A stretch of 64,000 nucleotides of DNA from Eledone cirrhosa (GCA_964016885.1 OZ024746.1:24738001-24802000), one strand, 5' to 3'; counted from the stretch's first letter, positions 13,891 through 30,457 are shown. Numbers and translations: made by a program. Notes: generated from the letters alone by a model not told the origin.

Positions 13891-14010
13891 GTTGGTATTT
13901 TAACGATAGTATAGCTCTGATTTATCTGAATTATTGAGCCCTCTGCCACTCATATCGAATTTTGTTATCGTGAACTCGTGCGCCGATTTTTCGATACTCG
14001 ATTATTCTAC

Positions 14011-16880
<2,870 letters not shown>

Positions 16881-16918
16881 ATGTGTAATTGTCTTTATAG
16901 TAAACTTATATATATATA

Positions 16919-17126
16919 CAAGTGTACCCCTGTATTCGTGGGGGGTCACCTTTCTAGAAACCCGCGAAGAGTTAAAAACCGCGAATATTGGACGTGATCC
17001 ATAAAAATGCCTCTAAACGTCATTACGATTCCGTGAATATGCAGTGGTTTCCACGAAAAATCATTAGTTAGGTTCTCAGGAAAATTCCGTGAATAACTGC
17101 GACCGCAAATGCTGGAGGTATACTTT
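16919..17126. mobile_element. pogo/Tigger-like MITE
   Basis: Imperfect TIRs caagtgtacccctgtattcgtgg ... ccgcaaatgctggaggtatacttt, flanked by TA. Confidence 0.5.
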
Positions 17127-17409
17127 ATATATACACACATATGTATCGATAAATATGATATATATATATAAATATATATGTTTGTATAGGTGTACTATAA
17201 TGACCAGTACTGAGTTGGATTATTCTTCTATATCTCTTACTCACTTTTTCTCTATGAATGTCTCACTTTCTCTGGATGAAATTGACTGAGGTTAGCGAGA
17301 TGGGATCCGGAAATTTTTAAATGCCCTCAAAACGCTGTATGTCACTATTATAGCGCCCGTGCGACCCCGCCAGTAGTTATGGACACATATATATATATAT
17401 ATATATATA

Positions 17410-18020
17410 TAGGTGGGAAGCCGCTGGAATTAGTTGAGGACTTCCTGTATTTCGGACCAAAGATTGGGAATACGGAAGATGATGTGGTTGAGAGGAAGAA
17501 CAAAGCCTGGGCGCTGTGCCACAGTTTGAGATCGGTGTGGAAGTCGGACCTTCGCGAAGACCTGAAGATCCGCCTCTTCATTTCTGTAGTGGAGTCTGTG
17601 CTGCTGTACGGGTCTGAGACTTGGACACTGACCAAGAAACTCACTCAGATGATGGATGGGTGCTACACGAGAATTCTGAGGATGGCTCTGAACATTAATC
17701 AGTATACACTGAGGATGAAAAACTCAGAGCTGTATGGGAGCCTCCCAAAAGTCAGCTCAAAAGTGACACAGAGGAGATTGAGGTTAGCTGGACCTGCTCA
17801 CCGACATCCAGAGTTGACACTGCACTCAGTGCTCCTGTGGGAGCCCCTGCATGGACACACTGGAAGGGGAAGATCAAGGTTAACGTATGTTGATGCCCTA
17901 AGGACAGACACTGGTCTGTTGGAGACGCAGGACATGGCAGCGATAATGAGGGACAGAGACCGCTGGAGAGAACTCGTCCATGGATCTCGGGAATTTTACC
18001 CGCCCTAGATAGATAGATAG
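17410..18020 (+). mobile_element. 5'-truncated RTE-like LINE 3' end with (TAGA)n tail
   Basis: Open frame ..LELVEDFLYFG..KIRLFISVVESVLLYGSETWTL..RRLRLAG..GRGRSRLTY..DRDRWRELV; the stop is followed by tagatagatagat. Confidence 0.85.
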
Positions 18021-18095
18021 ATGTTTGTGTGTGTGTCGGTTTGTTTACGACTAGCGGTTCGACACCTGTTTACTCACACGTTGATCAGGCAAGAC

Positions 18096-18192
18096 ACACA
18101 CGTGTGTGCGCGCGCGAGCGTGTGTGCGCGCGCGCGAGCGTGTGTGCGCGCGCGCGAGCGTGCGTGTGTGCGTGTGTGCGTGTGCGTGTGTA
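18096..18192. repeat. Alternating (CG/TG)n tract
   Basis: gtgtgtgcgcgcgcgagc repeated, then (GT/GC)n. Confidence 0.85.
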
Positions 18193-18859
18193 TAAATGTA
18201 TATGAATGTTTTTATAACATATCAGTGTTGCTGTTGTTGTTGTTTTTTTTGTTTTGTTTTTTCGGTCTCGTCTGGTCGTCTGCTACCCATACAATACAGC
18301 CATCTAAGCTATAAGCTAAGGTAGAAGAGAACAGAGAAATATGAACCTGTGTAGTTGGTATCACAACTTTCAATGTGGTTCGGTGTTCAGTAGCTTGGAT
18401 AGTCAAGTATCAGTAAAGTACCTAAACTACATCGTATCAGTATCGTGACGATGTTCGACTCAGGTTACAATCAATCCCCGTCATGTCAAGTGTCAGTGTT
18501 AAGTTTATTTGAAGGAAAAAGGAGGAGAGAAAGAAAGAGGGGGGAGGGAAGAGGGAGCGAGAGTGTGAGAAAGGAAGAAAAGAAAAGAAAAAAGGAAGAA
18601 AAGAAGGAAAGAAAAGAAAAGAAAGATGGAGTGACTCAGTCTCTGTGTGACATGTTCGGTTAGAAGAAGAATTCACTGTTAAACAAATTAAAATATAAGA
18701 CGATCAATTGCCAAAGTGGTTTTATAGAAAGTCGGATAAAATACCTTGCGGTATTGACTCCGGCCCTCAGCGTTATGACTTCGAATCCAAATCAACTCCA
18801 TTTTGCCTTTCATTCGATCGGGATCGATAAATAAAATTATCTTATTATAATTCTCCAAA

Positions 18860-19099
18860 TACCGGTCGCTCTCCGACAGGTTTGCGGTCGTACCTTTGGC
18901 AGTGGAGACTTCTGGTGTCCTCGGCCCTAGGGCTACCTCCCTACTCACCACCATAGGCGCTGAGCTGGCCAGCAGCAGGTGTGAGCTCCGCGAGTTGGAG
19001 CGGCTCTTCCAGCGCGTCTCCCTTGCCGTCCTCCGGGGAAAAACCCTTCTCCATTCTGTCCGCCGGGGCTGTGGGGAGGCCACCAATATGATTGACTGA
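18860..19099 (+). mobile_element. 3' fragment of a restriction-like-endonuclease non-LTR retrotransposon (CRE-like)
   Basis: GC-rich island translating FAVVPLAVETSGVLG...LFQRVSLAVLRGK, which resembles the FxPxAxETxGxxG...QRxSxAxxRGN C-terminus of RLE LINEs. A short related piece lies on the minus strand at ~21110-21150. Confidence 0.65.
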
Positions 19100-19593
19100 C
19101 TTGTCATTTTATCATGTACATCAGATCTTTAAGATAGGATAGTGGCCATTCTTGGTGTGCTTCGTCCATTCGTAACGAACCTTACGCTTTAGTTACATAC
19201 ACACACGTCTACACATAAATACATAAACAGATACACACACAACAGAAGTTCAAACACACACACACACATTTACTCATACCTATTCATGTATAAATAATGA
19301 TTATATGCAAACACATCTATGTAATGATTGAAGAAGACACTATAGCGATGAGCATTCCAAGATTAGCTACACTTGTGTGAGTATTTGTGTGTTTATATAC
19401 CCATACATATAAATGTATACATATGCACACACTCACAATTCATTACAATTGTGTGTGTGTCCAGAGACGTGACGAAATAAATGAAGAACAGAAGCATATG
19501 ATTTTAGAGCAAGGTAGACTAAAACAACAGGCTAGAAGAGATAACATACAGCTAGACGAATGTCTCTTAAATAGCTCCTCTTAATTTTTTCGT

Positions 19594-19620
19594 CCGTGGA
19601 ATTTCCACGGGTCTCGCTAG
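19594..19620 (+). mobile_element. Helitron-type 3' terminus
   Basis: Hairpin ccgtggaa-t-ttccacgg followed by gtctcg-CTAG|T; the 5' end was not located. Confidence 0.55.
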
Positions 19621-19656
19621 TAAAATATCAGTCAACTACTAGGGTAGATTCTTTCT

Positions 19657-19701
<45 letters not shown>

Positions 19702-19830
19702 GCGGTGAGTCATAAGTAACCAGGCAGTCAATGCATTTTCATTGCAAGGTTCACAAATAACATTTTGAATATCCGCTTCAGGATGTATTGATGCACGTGG
19801 TCAGCTTTTCGAACACTTACTTTGATTATA
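19702..19830 (+). mobile_element. Tc1/mariner deletion remnant
   Basis: TIR-like cggtgagtcataagtaac and a transposase C-terminus-like peptide CIDARGQLFEHLL*. Confidence 0.45.
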
Positions 19831-19927
19831 TAATCAAAGTATTATATATTTTTAGCTATCTCTGATTAATGTATTTATAATTTTCTAATGTATGACTAGA
19901 ATGTTAGTATATATTACATTCTCCAAA

Positions 19928-20045
19928 GGTGGCGAATCGGCAAAGTCGTTAGAAAGTCGGATAAAATACTTTGCCGTATTCGTTTCGGCTCTCTGCTCTC
20001 TCAGTTCAAATTCCGCCGAGGTCAACTTTGCCTTTCAACCTCGGG
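19928..20045 (+). mobile_element. tRNA-derived SINE with Nin/Deu-like core (partial)
   Basis: GGCG..GGCA A-box-like head, GTTCAAATTCC B box, then gaggtcaactttgcctttca. Related copies at ~18720-18835, 20680-20780, 23590-23810, 48960-49160, 50600-50840, 54810-54918, 57355-57490 and 59325-59515. Confidence 0.75.
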
Positions 20046-21276
20046 ACTTAGGACAGACTTTAACTAGAAGAGAAAGCTATATTGTTAGTAGTGTGGTTCA
20101 TTAACTAGCTCGTTTAGACTGGTAGACAATAAGAACTTGGGAAGTATTAACACGGTTTGTGTTTTGACTGAACTAATGCAGTTTGGCGTTTGTAGGTGAA
20201 TCGGGAACATGGAGAATGCTCCAGGGGAAGACGTGGTTACGGGGAAGATGGACTGGTTAAAGTGCTTGGTTCTCAAATCTGGCCATTACTGACTGAAATC
20301 AATATGAAATCAATAAATACATTTACTTTTTATATTCTTTATTCTGTTCAAATGACAACCATGTGCCCGTTGTAGTCTTTTCCATCAGTTAATATATAGC
20401 AAAAGTGAAAAATGTCTGAAATGTTTGGGTTCATTTACAGCTATTTTCTTCTCCCCTATCCATACATACTTGTATAGGGGCGGGGTTATATCACGGGAAT
20501 GTGTCCAATACAATAGGCGGGGTGAAGTAGATCTAAGCTTATATTCAACAATTGTGAGTTATCTCCCTCTACAACCAGCCAAATGACTATTAGAATACAG
20601 GAGCTAGAAAGTGTAAAGGCGAGAGGAGTTAGGGGAAGAAATAAAATGCATAGTTTGGACTTACTATAAATATAATTGTTTCTACTTTTGGCACAAGGCC
20701 AGCAATTATCCAGTGCATTACTGGTACTTTATTTTATCGACCTCGTGAGGATGAAAGGCAAAGTTAACCTCGGCAGGAACGCCTGTAGCAATAATTCATG
20801 AGAGCTTGGAGCTGTTGCTGTTCTTCCTCATTCTATAGGCCAATAATTTAAGCACATCATTATAAGCTGATTAGACACTTTTCAAACTAAAAACTGCCAC
20901 AGCTGGTATCTGGGAGGCATAGTCATTTCTTGTTGCTTACTCTATATAGACAAGGAAAATCATGCCACCTTTGCCTCCTTACGGAAAACTGACGCTGCAC
21001 ACCAAGTCCGAACACAGAAGAGCCGAACTCTCACTGTAATCGCCTCCATCTCTCTCGCCCTCCCCATCTCTCTGTATTATGAGCAAATGGGGTCCCACGT
21101 GCTGGCCGCCCCACGGACCCGGCGGACAGAATGGAGGTGTTTCCCCTGAGCATAGTAAGAGAGTGTGGTTTCATTCCTTAAATAAGAAAACCTTTCGCAC
21201 GACTTACCTGTCTGTCAATATCTAAGGAAAGATAACTCTTCAGAAGCCACCGAGGGTTCTCAACGAGCTAGAGATA

Positions 21277-21565
21277 GTGGTGTGGTGATGTGGTGGTGAT
21301 GATGTGGTGGTGTAGTGATGTAGTGGTCATGTGGTGGTGATGTGGTGGTGATGTGGTGGTGATGTGGTGGTGGTGTAGTGGTGCAGTAATATGGTGTAGT
21401 GTTTTAGTGGTGTGGGGATGTGGTCGTGTAGTGGTGTGGTAATGTGGTCGTGTTGTAGCTTGGTGTTGTGGTGTAGTGTTGGGATGACGTGGTGGTATGG
21501 TGGTGTGGTAATATGGTGGTGTAGTGTAGTATTATGCAGGTGTGGTGATGTAGTGATATGGTGGT
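21277..21565. repeat. Degenerate (TGG/TGTGG/TAG) low-complexity repeat
   Basis: Seen directly in the sequence. Confidence 0.85.
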
Positions 21566-22569
21566 ATAAACAAAAAGATATCGATAAAATAAGTACCAGA
21601 CTTGAAAACATATATAGGAGTCGATACGGTCGACTAAATCCTCTCAATGCGATGCCCACAACATAGCCGCAGTCTACTGGCTGAAACTAGTAAAAGATTA
21701 AAAGTAAATTTATTAAGGCAATTGAAGATTGGTATGAATACTGATTTAGAACTGGAATTATGAAAAATTATGAATATCATACTTGTCTCCCTTAGTAAGA
21801 GTTATTTCCCTTCGGTTCATATTTTTAAGTTGGTTTCTGATGTAAAGTTTTATTATTTTTTTCGTGTGGTTTTTTACAGTAAGAGACAGAAAGAAAGAAA
21901 GATGAAAGAATCGTCCTCAGTATTAGACTGTTACTTTATTTATCAACTTCAAATATGTTTAAAGAATTTCCATCAAACATAGATGTTTGAGAATTTATCA
22001 AATACCTAGTTTGGAACAATTATAATCAAATCCTACTTTGGCCATATTTCTAGTGAAATACAGTTTTTATGTTTCAGCTAATTTTGAAAATAATCAATAA
22101 TTTGGAGGAATTAAACAACTTTCTCATTAGTAAGCTGGTATTTGAAACATTATCAAAATTGTTCTTAAAGAAAATTATGATGGAAGGTTTTAATATAAAC
22201 ATGAACACTGTAAAATGGGTAGTGTTGCATCACAAAGCCAGGGCCTGGTTTAGGCGGGTTGTTATCAAAATTTAACCCCTTCCTGGGTTTTGGGATATCT
22301 TTAGCAGGGTCCACTCTGTTGCAAATGTACCTTCTTCCGTCCCTTGCACCAGACAAGGCTACGTGTTTAAAAAGTTCACTTCGCAATCATGAGGTTCTGT
22401 TTTCCATCCTACTGTGTGGCTTCTTAAGCAAGTATCTTTAACTTAGCCTCGTATTGATCCAAGAGTGAAATTAGGTAAATGGAAACCATATAGTATCCTG
22501 TTGTATGGATTATATGTGATTCAAAAGGTCCACACTTGTCACATTGATTCTGGCTCAACAGACTGGCTC

Positions 22570-23080
22570 ACATTTCCTCCTCCATCCCCAGCCATTTCTT
22601 TCTTGGTCTTCCTCTACATCCCTTCACATTCATTTCCATCATTCCTCTCACTCACTTTCATCTATCTTCAACATATTATCCAACTATCTCACTCCATTTT
22701 TCTTCACAGCATTCATCACTGGCTCTATTCCTCTCATCCAGTCACTTTCATCCTTCCTCCACATATGACCCAACCATCTCATTCGATTTCTCTTCACTAC
22801 ACCCATCACTGGTTCACTCAATCACCAGACCATTCTCACTTCTATTCTTTCCAGCCTTCCTTGCTGCTCCATGTTCATCTCCCATATCTTAATCTCACTC
22901 CCATAAACCACGCCATTTCTCACACATGCAACATACATACACTTTTCCCTTCAATTTCAGTGGCACTCCCCTCCTCGTTAGCATGCTACTCAATTCCTGG
23001 AACTTCTTCCATGCACATTTCACTCTAGCTATTGTTGTTGAGTCTGATCCAACTTCTCCATTCAACATGTCTCCTAGGTA
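22570..23080 (-). mobile_element. Degenerate RTE LINE fragment
   Basis: Minus-strand translation FHYLGDML..ARVKCAWKKFQELSSMLTRRGVPLKLKGKVY. Confidence 0.65.
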
Positions 23081-24859
23081 ATGAAACATAAAAAAACAAT
23101 GTGAGACAAAAAAATGAGAGGATGACAAAAATCACTTTCTAGTCGTCTTTATTAGCAATACCATTAAAAAGTGAAACAAGTTGCTGTTGTTGAACCCCTT
23201 AAAAACTTCAAGTCTGTGTTTCACAAAAAAAAAAAAACAGGCGCGGAGAACAAAGTAGATGTGAAGTCACTTAAAAAATAATCCACTTATATTTACAGAG
23301 ATTGAAACACAAGAGCAACACACGCACAAAATTGCACACGTCAAAAGATAGTGAGGGGGAAAAGACACACCCATACACACATACACACACACTTCAAATA
23401 CACACATGCATACACACACATATATATTTAAAATACACATATACACACATATGCACACACAATTTTCATTTTTAGTAAAAGCAGAATGGTTGTTTTTTTT
23501 TCCTAAATGAATTCCTTTCCAAAACCTGTCCCTTGATTATTCAATGGAATGATATATGGGAGCAATTATGTAGGTGTATTTCTATAATAATAGGTCACTA
23601 GTGAATTAGGAGAGTCATTAGAGAGTTGGATAAAATGCTTTGTGGCATTTAGTTTTGACCCTTTACATTCTGAGTTCAAATTCCACCAAGGTCAACTTTT
23701 CCTTTTATCCTCTTAGGGGTCAATAAAGTACCAGTAAAGCACTGTGGTCGATAAAACTGACTTTTCCCTCCCTAACAAATTGCAGGCCTTGTGCTTAATT
23801 TAGAAATCATTACAATAAAAGGTGGTTGTAATATAGAATTATGTGTTATAGTAATACATCAGTTGGTCTAGTTTGGGGTGGTGTATATGTGAAGTCTTGC
23901 TGCTGTAAATGTAAAGAGTGGGTAATACAGATTCACACCTATTGTTGTTATGGTGTGAGATGAAAGACAGAGAGAATAGAAAGAAAGTAAAAGGGAAGGA
24001 AAGCAGGGGAACAGGAGAGAGAGAGAGCGCAAGAGAGATGGGAGAAAGAAAAAAATGAAAGGAAGAGATGGAGAAAGAAAAAGAGAGAAAGGGGGAGAGA
24101 GAGAGGGTGACAGCTAAAAGTAAACATGGCACACAAAGTTTCCTGAACTGAAGGTAATTACTGGCCAAATAAAAACATACTGGGTGGGTATTTAAAGTTA
24201 AAATTCTGTCTCCAGCCCAGAGACTCATCAGAATGGAGTTTACTCTGGTTTCATGTGTAAAGTGGTTGAGAGTACAAGACTTTGCCAGGATATGATACCA
24301 GTCCATCACAAGACTAACCCTCAGCTGAGTCCATTGATGCAATGTGAAATGAAGTGTCTAACTGAAGGACACAATGCACTACCAGGTCAAGGAATCAAAC
24401 CCATGACCTTACAATCATGAAGACACTTTAACACAAAGCCACACATGGATATTACAGAAGGGAAGAAAAGGCAACAATACTAACCATTACTGACAAAATA
24501 AACATTTGTAAGCAGCAAAAACCAAAGAGGAAAGCTTTAATAATCAGCATAAAGAAAAAGAGAATGGTTTAATTAATATAGAAAAGAAAAAAGGAGCCGG
24601 TCATTTGATCTGACCAAGGAAATAGTGTTTCCATTGGTGATACTATTTACCATATTCAACTCCTGATAGGAGGCAAGATTTGAACTCAATGCAAAGAACC
24701 GAAACAAACTGCAAAACATCTTGCCTGATTCTTTAATAATTCTAACAATCCACTACCTCTGGATTGATTCCCCCCCCCCCCGACCATGAAAGGATGACAG
24801 ATGAAGTTAGCCTTAGTGAAAATGGGGGACCAAAAATGGCTAGTGTTGTTAGAAGGGGT

Positions 24860-25500
24860 GTAGAAGACTAAGAAGCATATAGAGATGACACAATGTGACT
24901 GGTCTCATTAAAAGGGCTGTTAAATACAGGAGTATATAAATGAGAAATAAGACTGCGGATGTTAGAAGAGCTCTAAAGAGATTCAAGAGATTATAAAGGA
25001 TAACAAAAAAAATGTTAGCTCCTATTAGAAAGGCTCTCCAATAGACAAACAGAAGCATGGTTGCCCTTGTAAGAAGGGCTCCAGAGACAATCAGGAGCAT
25101 ATAAAGATGACACAATGTGACATCATCATCATCATCATTAATGTTTTACATATATGATGACAATGATAATTCATTGAAAGGGTTATAGAAGATATTCAGG
25201 AACATGTATGGATGAAAGAAAAAAACAGCTCTCATCTTAAGGACTCTAAAAGATAACGAAGGGTTTGGCTGCTTTTATTAGGTCTCTAAAATTCAGGAAC
25301 ATATAGATAGGAAATATAATGACAACATTCATTAAAAAGATTCAAGAAGATGAGGAAGAAAATGGTTATTTTCATTAGGTCTCTAGAAATCAGGAGCATA
25401 TAAAGATGACAAAATGACAGCTCCCATTGTAAAGGCTTCAGAAGATAAATGAACATAGCTGCTCTTGTTAGCAGGGTCCTCAAAATATTCAGGAGTATAT
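24860..25500. repeat. Degenerate ~55-bp tandem repeat
   Basis: Recurrent ggagcatataaagatgacacaatg...ctcattagaagggctct units. Confidence 0.55.
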
Positions 25501-26450
25501 AGGAAATAAAGGAGTTTTGTGTTCAATTGTGCTTTAGCATTTATCACAGTGTATTTAAATCAAACTTTGTTTTCCACCAGTTCTCACACACACACACACA
25601 AATATTCAAACACACACACATGCATATACACTCACACTCATGCATATACAGACATTCACACACACACACACACACACACACGTGCATATACATACATACA
25701 TACATACAAACATGCATATACAGACATACACATACATACACAATCATAGCTGTGGAAGCTAATAAATACATGCAAATGTATGTGAACATGCAAGCATGTA
25801 TATACATATGCACAAGAATGGACACATAAAAGCTTTCTTATATCCTTTAAAATATATACATACTGTGTGTAGGTATGCATGAGAGAGAGAGAGAGACAGA
25901 AAATCTCTTTCCCATATATATAAACATACAACTACATGCAAACCAGCATGTAGAGAATATATATATATTCTCTCTTTCCCTTTCACTTGTATATAAACAT
26001 ACAACAGCATGTAAACAAACAGAGAGAGAGAGAAAGTGAGAGAAGGGAGTGGGTCTTCAAATATTTCAGTTAATTATGCCTCAAATCTGATGGAAACAAA
26101 CACACACGTGTGTTTGTTTAAGTGTGTATATATATGTGTGTGTGTGTGTTCTTGCATGTGGCTGCACACATGTGCATGTAAGAGTGTGTGCACATGTGAC
26201 TACACACCTGTGTGTGAGTATGTGTATGTGCATACAAGTGAATGCCTTCTTTTTTCATTGAAATATATGTGTGTGTGTTTGTGTGAAGGTTCCCAAGTTG
26301 TGTCCAAGGGAAACCACAGTTAAAAAAGGGTACTCAATAGGTTGGTAGAGTATAAGCATCTTTACTATATATAGAAATTACTTCTACAGGACTAGAATTG
26401 TTTCATTCATATGATATCATACAAATGAAACAGTTCTAGTTCTGTAGAAG

Positions 26451-26485
<35 letters not shown>

Positions 26486-27818
26486 TATTTATATTTTTGA
26501 AAATATAAGGGTCTCAAACACAAGAAATAACTATAACAACAGTCAGTCACTATAAATAATAGTTGAGAACATTGGGTAAAATACCATTAGAGATGGAAAA
26601 CATGGACAGTCTCTAAATTACTCAATTTTCTCAACTACTATTTATAATGATTGACTGTTATTGCAGTTATATTTTTGTGTTTGGGATGCTCACATTTTTA
26701 AATTTCAAACATTTCCAATAATTCGATAATGCCTAAGGTTTGTCTTTGTATGTGTGTGTGTGTGTGTATATATACATATACATATATATATATACATACA
26801 CACAAACACATATATATACACACATATGTATATATGCACATATATATAAATGTGTGTGTGTGTAAGTAATATAGAGTTCATTCCCTGCCCCTTCACCATT
26901 TCAATGTCATTCAAATACAAATTGACAGAAAAATAAGAAATCCTAATTCTTTAACAAATTTACAATCCAACTCTTTCAAACACATGGGCTTTGTTGTTGT
27001 TGCTGGGGAGTTTGTTATTGTTGTTAATGTTACTGTTGGAGTTGTTGTTGTTATTGGTGGTGGTGGTATTGTTGTGTTGGCGTCATTCTTATTGTTGGTG
27101 GTTTTGTTGTTGGTCTTATTTTTGTTAGTGTTGTTGGTGGTTTTGCTGTTGGCGGTGTGGTGTTGATAGTGGTGGTGTTGTTGTTGATAGTGGTGGTGTC
27201 GTTGCTGTTGGTAATGGCTGTGTAGTAGTTTTTGGTGCTGTTGTTGTTGTAGTTATTGTTTTTTATCTGAATATTTTCATTTGTTATTTTTTTCTTTAAT
27301 TTTTCCTCCATCAAATTCACAAGAATTGTCTTTAATATCCAACATCCATCTCCTCCCAGTATTTCCCCACTTCAAGTTTTGATTTTTTTTTATATTCCAA
27401 ATATTTACCATATTATTAATAATATAATTATTATTATTAATATCATTATTATTTTAGAGTTTTGTTGTTTACTTTTTTTTTATTTCTCATGTTTATGTTA
27501 TCTTCTTCCATAACCTTCCAGTGTGGCAAGACAACATATATTTGATGCCAGTCCAACCAATTCCAATTGCTTCCAATCAGCTCCAATTGGTTCCAATCTG
27601 CTCCAATCATCAACAGTACAACAGACACAGAAGTAAAACATTTGCAGCTGTCCAGAGATTCCAATATTCACTCCGTGGAGAGAGAGAGAGAGAGAGACAG
27701 ACAGAGAGTGAGAGAGAGAGAGAGAGAGAGTGAGAGAGAGAGTGAGAGAGAGAGAGAACATCGAACCTGGATTTTTTTCCTTTATTTTCTGTCACCTATC
27801 AAAGCAGTGGAGATCTTC

Positions 27819-27882
27819 TTATCCAGTTGAGTTGCTTGGTTTTGTGATCACGTTGTTGGTTGTCATGACACGCAGTTCCCAC
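27819..27882 (-). CDS. KLHDC3: Kelch domain-containing protein 3, coding exon 10 (stop)
   Basis: AG acceptor; (R)WELRVMTTNNVITKPSNSTG*, matching the human C-terminus WELNAMTTNSNISRP. Confidence 0.9.
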
Positions 27883-27919
27883 CTATAACACAACACAAAT
27901 GAAAAAAAAATTAAATTTT

Positions 27920-28460
27920 CAACTCTCACCTATATAAGGTTTAGCTAGCCTTTTACAAGGTTGTATTTCATAGGTTTCTTAGGTGTTTTAATGTTGTTAC
28001 AGCTCATACCTATATAGGTTTAGCAAGCCTCCTGCAAGGTATTATTTCATAGGTGGTTTTTTTGGATGTCCTATCATGATGTTCCAGCTCACACTTTTGC
28101 AGGTTTAGCTGACCTGCTACAAAGTTTCTCAAATGTTCTAATGACAGGGGCCCCAGTTCTATCATATTGTTACAGTTCACACCTATGTAAGTTTAGATAG
28201 CTTCCTACAAGATCATGTCTCATAGGTTTCTTGAATGTTTTAATGATAGGGACCCCTGTCCTATCATGTTGTTACAGCTCACACCTATTAAGGTTTAACT
28301 TGCCTCATACAAGGCTGTATCTCGTAGGAGATTTCACAAGTGCTAGGAACCCAGTCCTATCATGTTCTTGCTACAGTTCACACTTATGTACATCTAGCTG
28401 ACCTCCTACAAAATTATATCTCGAACAAGGTTATATTCTCAGGTGTTTTAATGATAGGAC
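27920..28460. repeat. Degenerate ~70-100-bp minisatellite in a KLHDC3 intron
   Basis: Units ctcacacctat..ggtttagct..cctcctacaagg..tctcataggtttct..gttttaatgataggg..cctatcatgttgttacag; the same family recurs at 31120-31445 and ~38805-38870. Confidence 0.7.
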
Positions 28461-28828
28461 CCCCAATTGTATCCTGAAGAACCACTTGGTGCAGGAATTG
28501 AACCTACAACTTAACCTCTAGATGGTTTTCATGTCCTTGATACAACTGAAGGATACTCTCAATCCTTTGTTTGATATGGTTCCTACAGCTGGATGCCCCA
28601 CTAGGGAGATTGTCATGTCTTTGAAACAACTGAAGAGTTAGGCTGACCCTTTGTTTGGCACAGTTTCTACAGCTAGATGCACTTCCTATCACCAACCACT
28701 TTACAGTGTGTACGATACAGATATCATATATTTTAAAACCCCTTTCACTTTAACTGCACAAAATGCAGTTTACCTGCCCAATACTGAAACAATTAAAACA
28801 GCAGTTCAAATTATTATTATATACATAC

Positions 28829-28907
28829 CTTATGTCTAATGGTAACAGACTTGTATCCAAATTATGTTCCAACACCACCAACTCACACAACATCTTCAAT
28901 GTTGGAG
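28829..28907 (-). CDS. KLHDC3: KLHDC3 coding exon 9 (BC-box/Cul2-box region)
   Basis: APTLKMLCELVVLEHNLDTSLLPLDIR; AG/GT boundaries. Confidence 0.92.
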
Positions 28908-29496
28908 CTAAAATAACACAAAACAATATATAGCAGCAACAGTAATCAAAATATAACAAAACTCTGTAGCATTTAGAAGTATTTCTTAATCTCTCTCTCA
29001 AACACACAAATCCATACAGAATCATGTTTCATGCACAAAAACACAAAACAAGAGTCGGCTGAAAAGTTCGTAAGCTGACTATAAAGGATGGATATTAAAG
29101 CTGAGAAATCTTGCATGCATTAATTCAACTCTTCTTATTAATAACTACATTGTTTCTTTCTAGGGACTATGTTGAAATATAAACCTCATTTGGTCATTCC
29201 ATGAGAGTATCTCGGTCAGCCTATTAACTTTTTAGCTGACCCTTGTGCAACAACACAAACACACAATTAGAAACAAGCTAGACACAGATGCACACATACA
29301 TGCATGCATAAACACACACACATGCAAACATGCATACACACACACAGCATATGCATACACACACATACACACAATTACTCTAAAACATTCTGATAAAGAA
29401 TGTTGTTTGAGAGTGACAGAAACTGAAAAATATCAACATGCTGAATATTCCCAGAAGGAACATCTTTGTTAAGACATGGCTTTTAATATTAATAAT

Positions 29497-29680
29497 TGTT
29501 TCTACTTTAGGCACAAGGCCAGCAATTACCCAGTGCATTACTGGTACTTTATTTTATCGACCCCGTAAGGATGAAAGGCAAAGTCAACCTCGGCAGGATT
29601 TGAACTCAGATCGTAAAGGGACGTAACTATGCTGGAAAGCATGGCGTCCGACCCTCTACCGATACTGCCAATCCACCGCC
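29497..29680 (-). mobile_element. Full-length tRNA-derived Nin/Deu-core SINE with 15-bp TSD
   Basis: 5' end GGCGGTGGATTGGCAG, B box GAGTTCAAATCC and core ttgcctttcatcct..ggggtcgataaaataaaagtaccag. TSD tttaatattaataat at 29482-29496 and 29681-29695. Confidence 0.88.
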
Positions 29681-29956
29681 TTTAATATTAATAATGGTTT
29701 CTAATGGAGGGTGAGGGACCAAAAACCATAAACATATAAACAAAAAACTAGATTGCTATTAATTGCCCCTTTCTATATAACTAAGTCTGCTAGGGGTTGC
29801 AACCGGTAGATAGTACGAGCAATGGAAAGACCAATGGAAACATTGTTTCCTTGGTCCCATTTGACAAGTTCCACCCCACTCGGTAAGCAAATGAGATTTG
29901 GGATCTTGTCGATCGATCAATAAATAAAAATAAAAATATATCTAAGTATTACAGCC

Positions 29957-30285
29957 TGTGGAGGTGTATAGCTTAGTGGTTAGGGTATTTGGCCCATAAT
30001 CATAAGGTCGAGAGTTCAATTCCCAAACCCAGTGGTGTGTTGTGTCCTTGAACAAGACACTTTATTTCACATAGCTCCAGTCCACTCAGCTGGGAAAAAA
30101 ATGAGTTTCAATTACACTGGTGCCAAGCTGTATCAACCTGTCTTTCACATCGCTGAGGTGGAGATTGGAGAGTGGCATGCTTGAGTGACTATTGGTCTTC
30201 CTCAAAACACTTTGCTCAGTCTTGTGCCTTAGAGGGTAACATTCCAAGTGCAAACCCATGGTCAGTCATGACCAGAGAGGGACTT
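29957..30285 (+). mobile_element. tRNA-derived SINE (Meta/V-like core)
   Basis: tagcttagtggttaggg (A box), gagttcaattccc (B box), then gtgtccttgaacaagacactt. Relatives at 52773-53050 and, on the minus strand, ~24240-24445, 36460-36555, 37250-37388, 38885-39125 and 56100-56245. Confidence 0.78.
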
Positions 30286-30457
30286 TAAAAACAAAAAACT
30301 ACCTATATAAAGACATGTACGGCTGGATTAATAGGGAGTAACACAAACTGTGATGTGCTGAATTCAAAACAATTTCTGGATATATATTTTGCTCAGGATA
30401 TGCTTAACTTGACAGCTAATTTCATTCATTTCACAAAAGTATATACAAAAAGATTAC

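Noticed and set aside
26984-27320. Hydrophobic or Thr/Asn-rich small proteins
   Set aside because: (GTT)n/(TGG)n simple repeats downstream of the KLHDC3 stop.
29957-30030. tRNA gene
   Set aside because: The A/B boxes belong to a SINE head followed by the SINE core; no complete cloverleaf.
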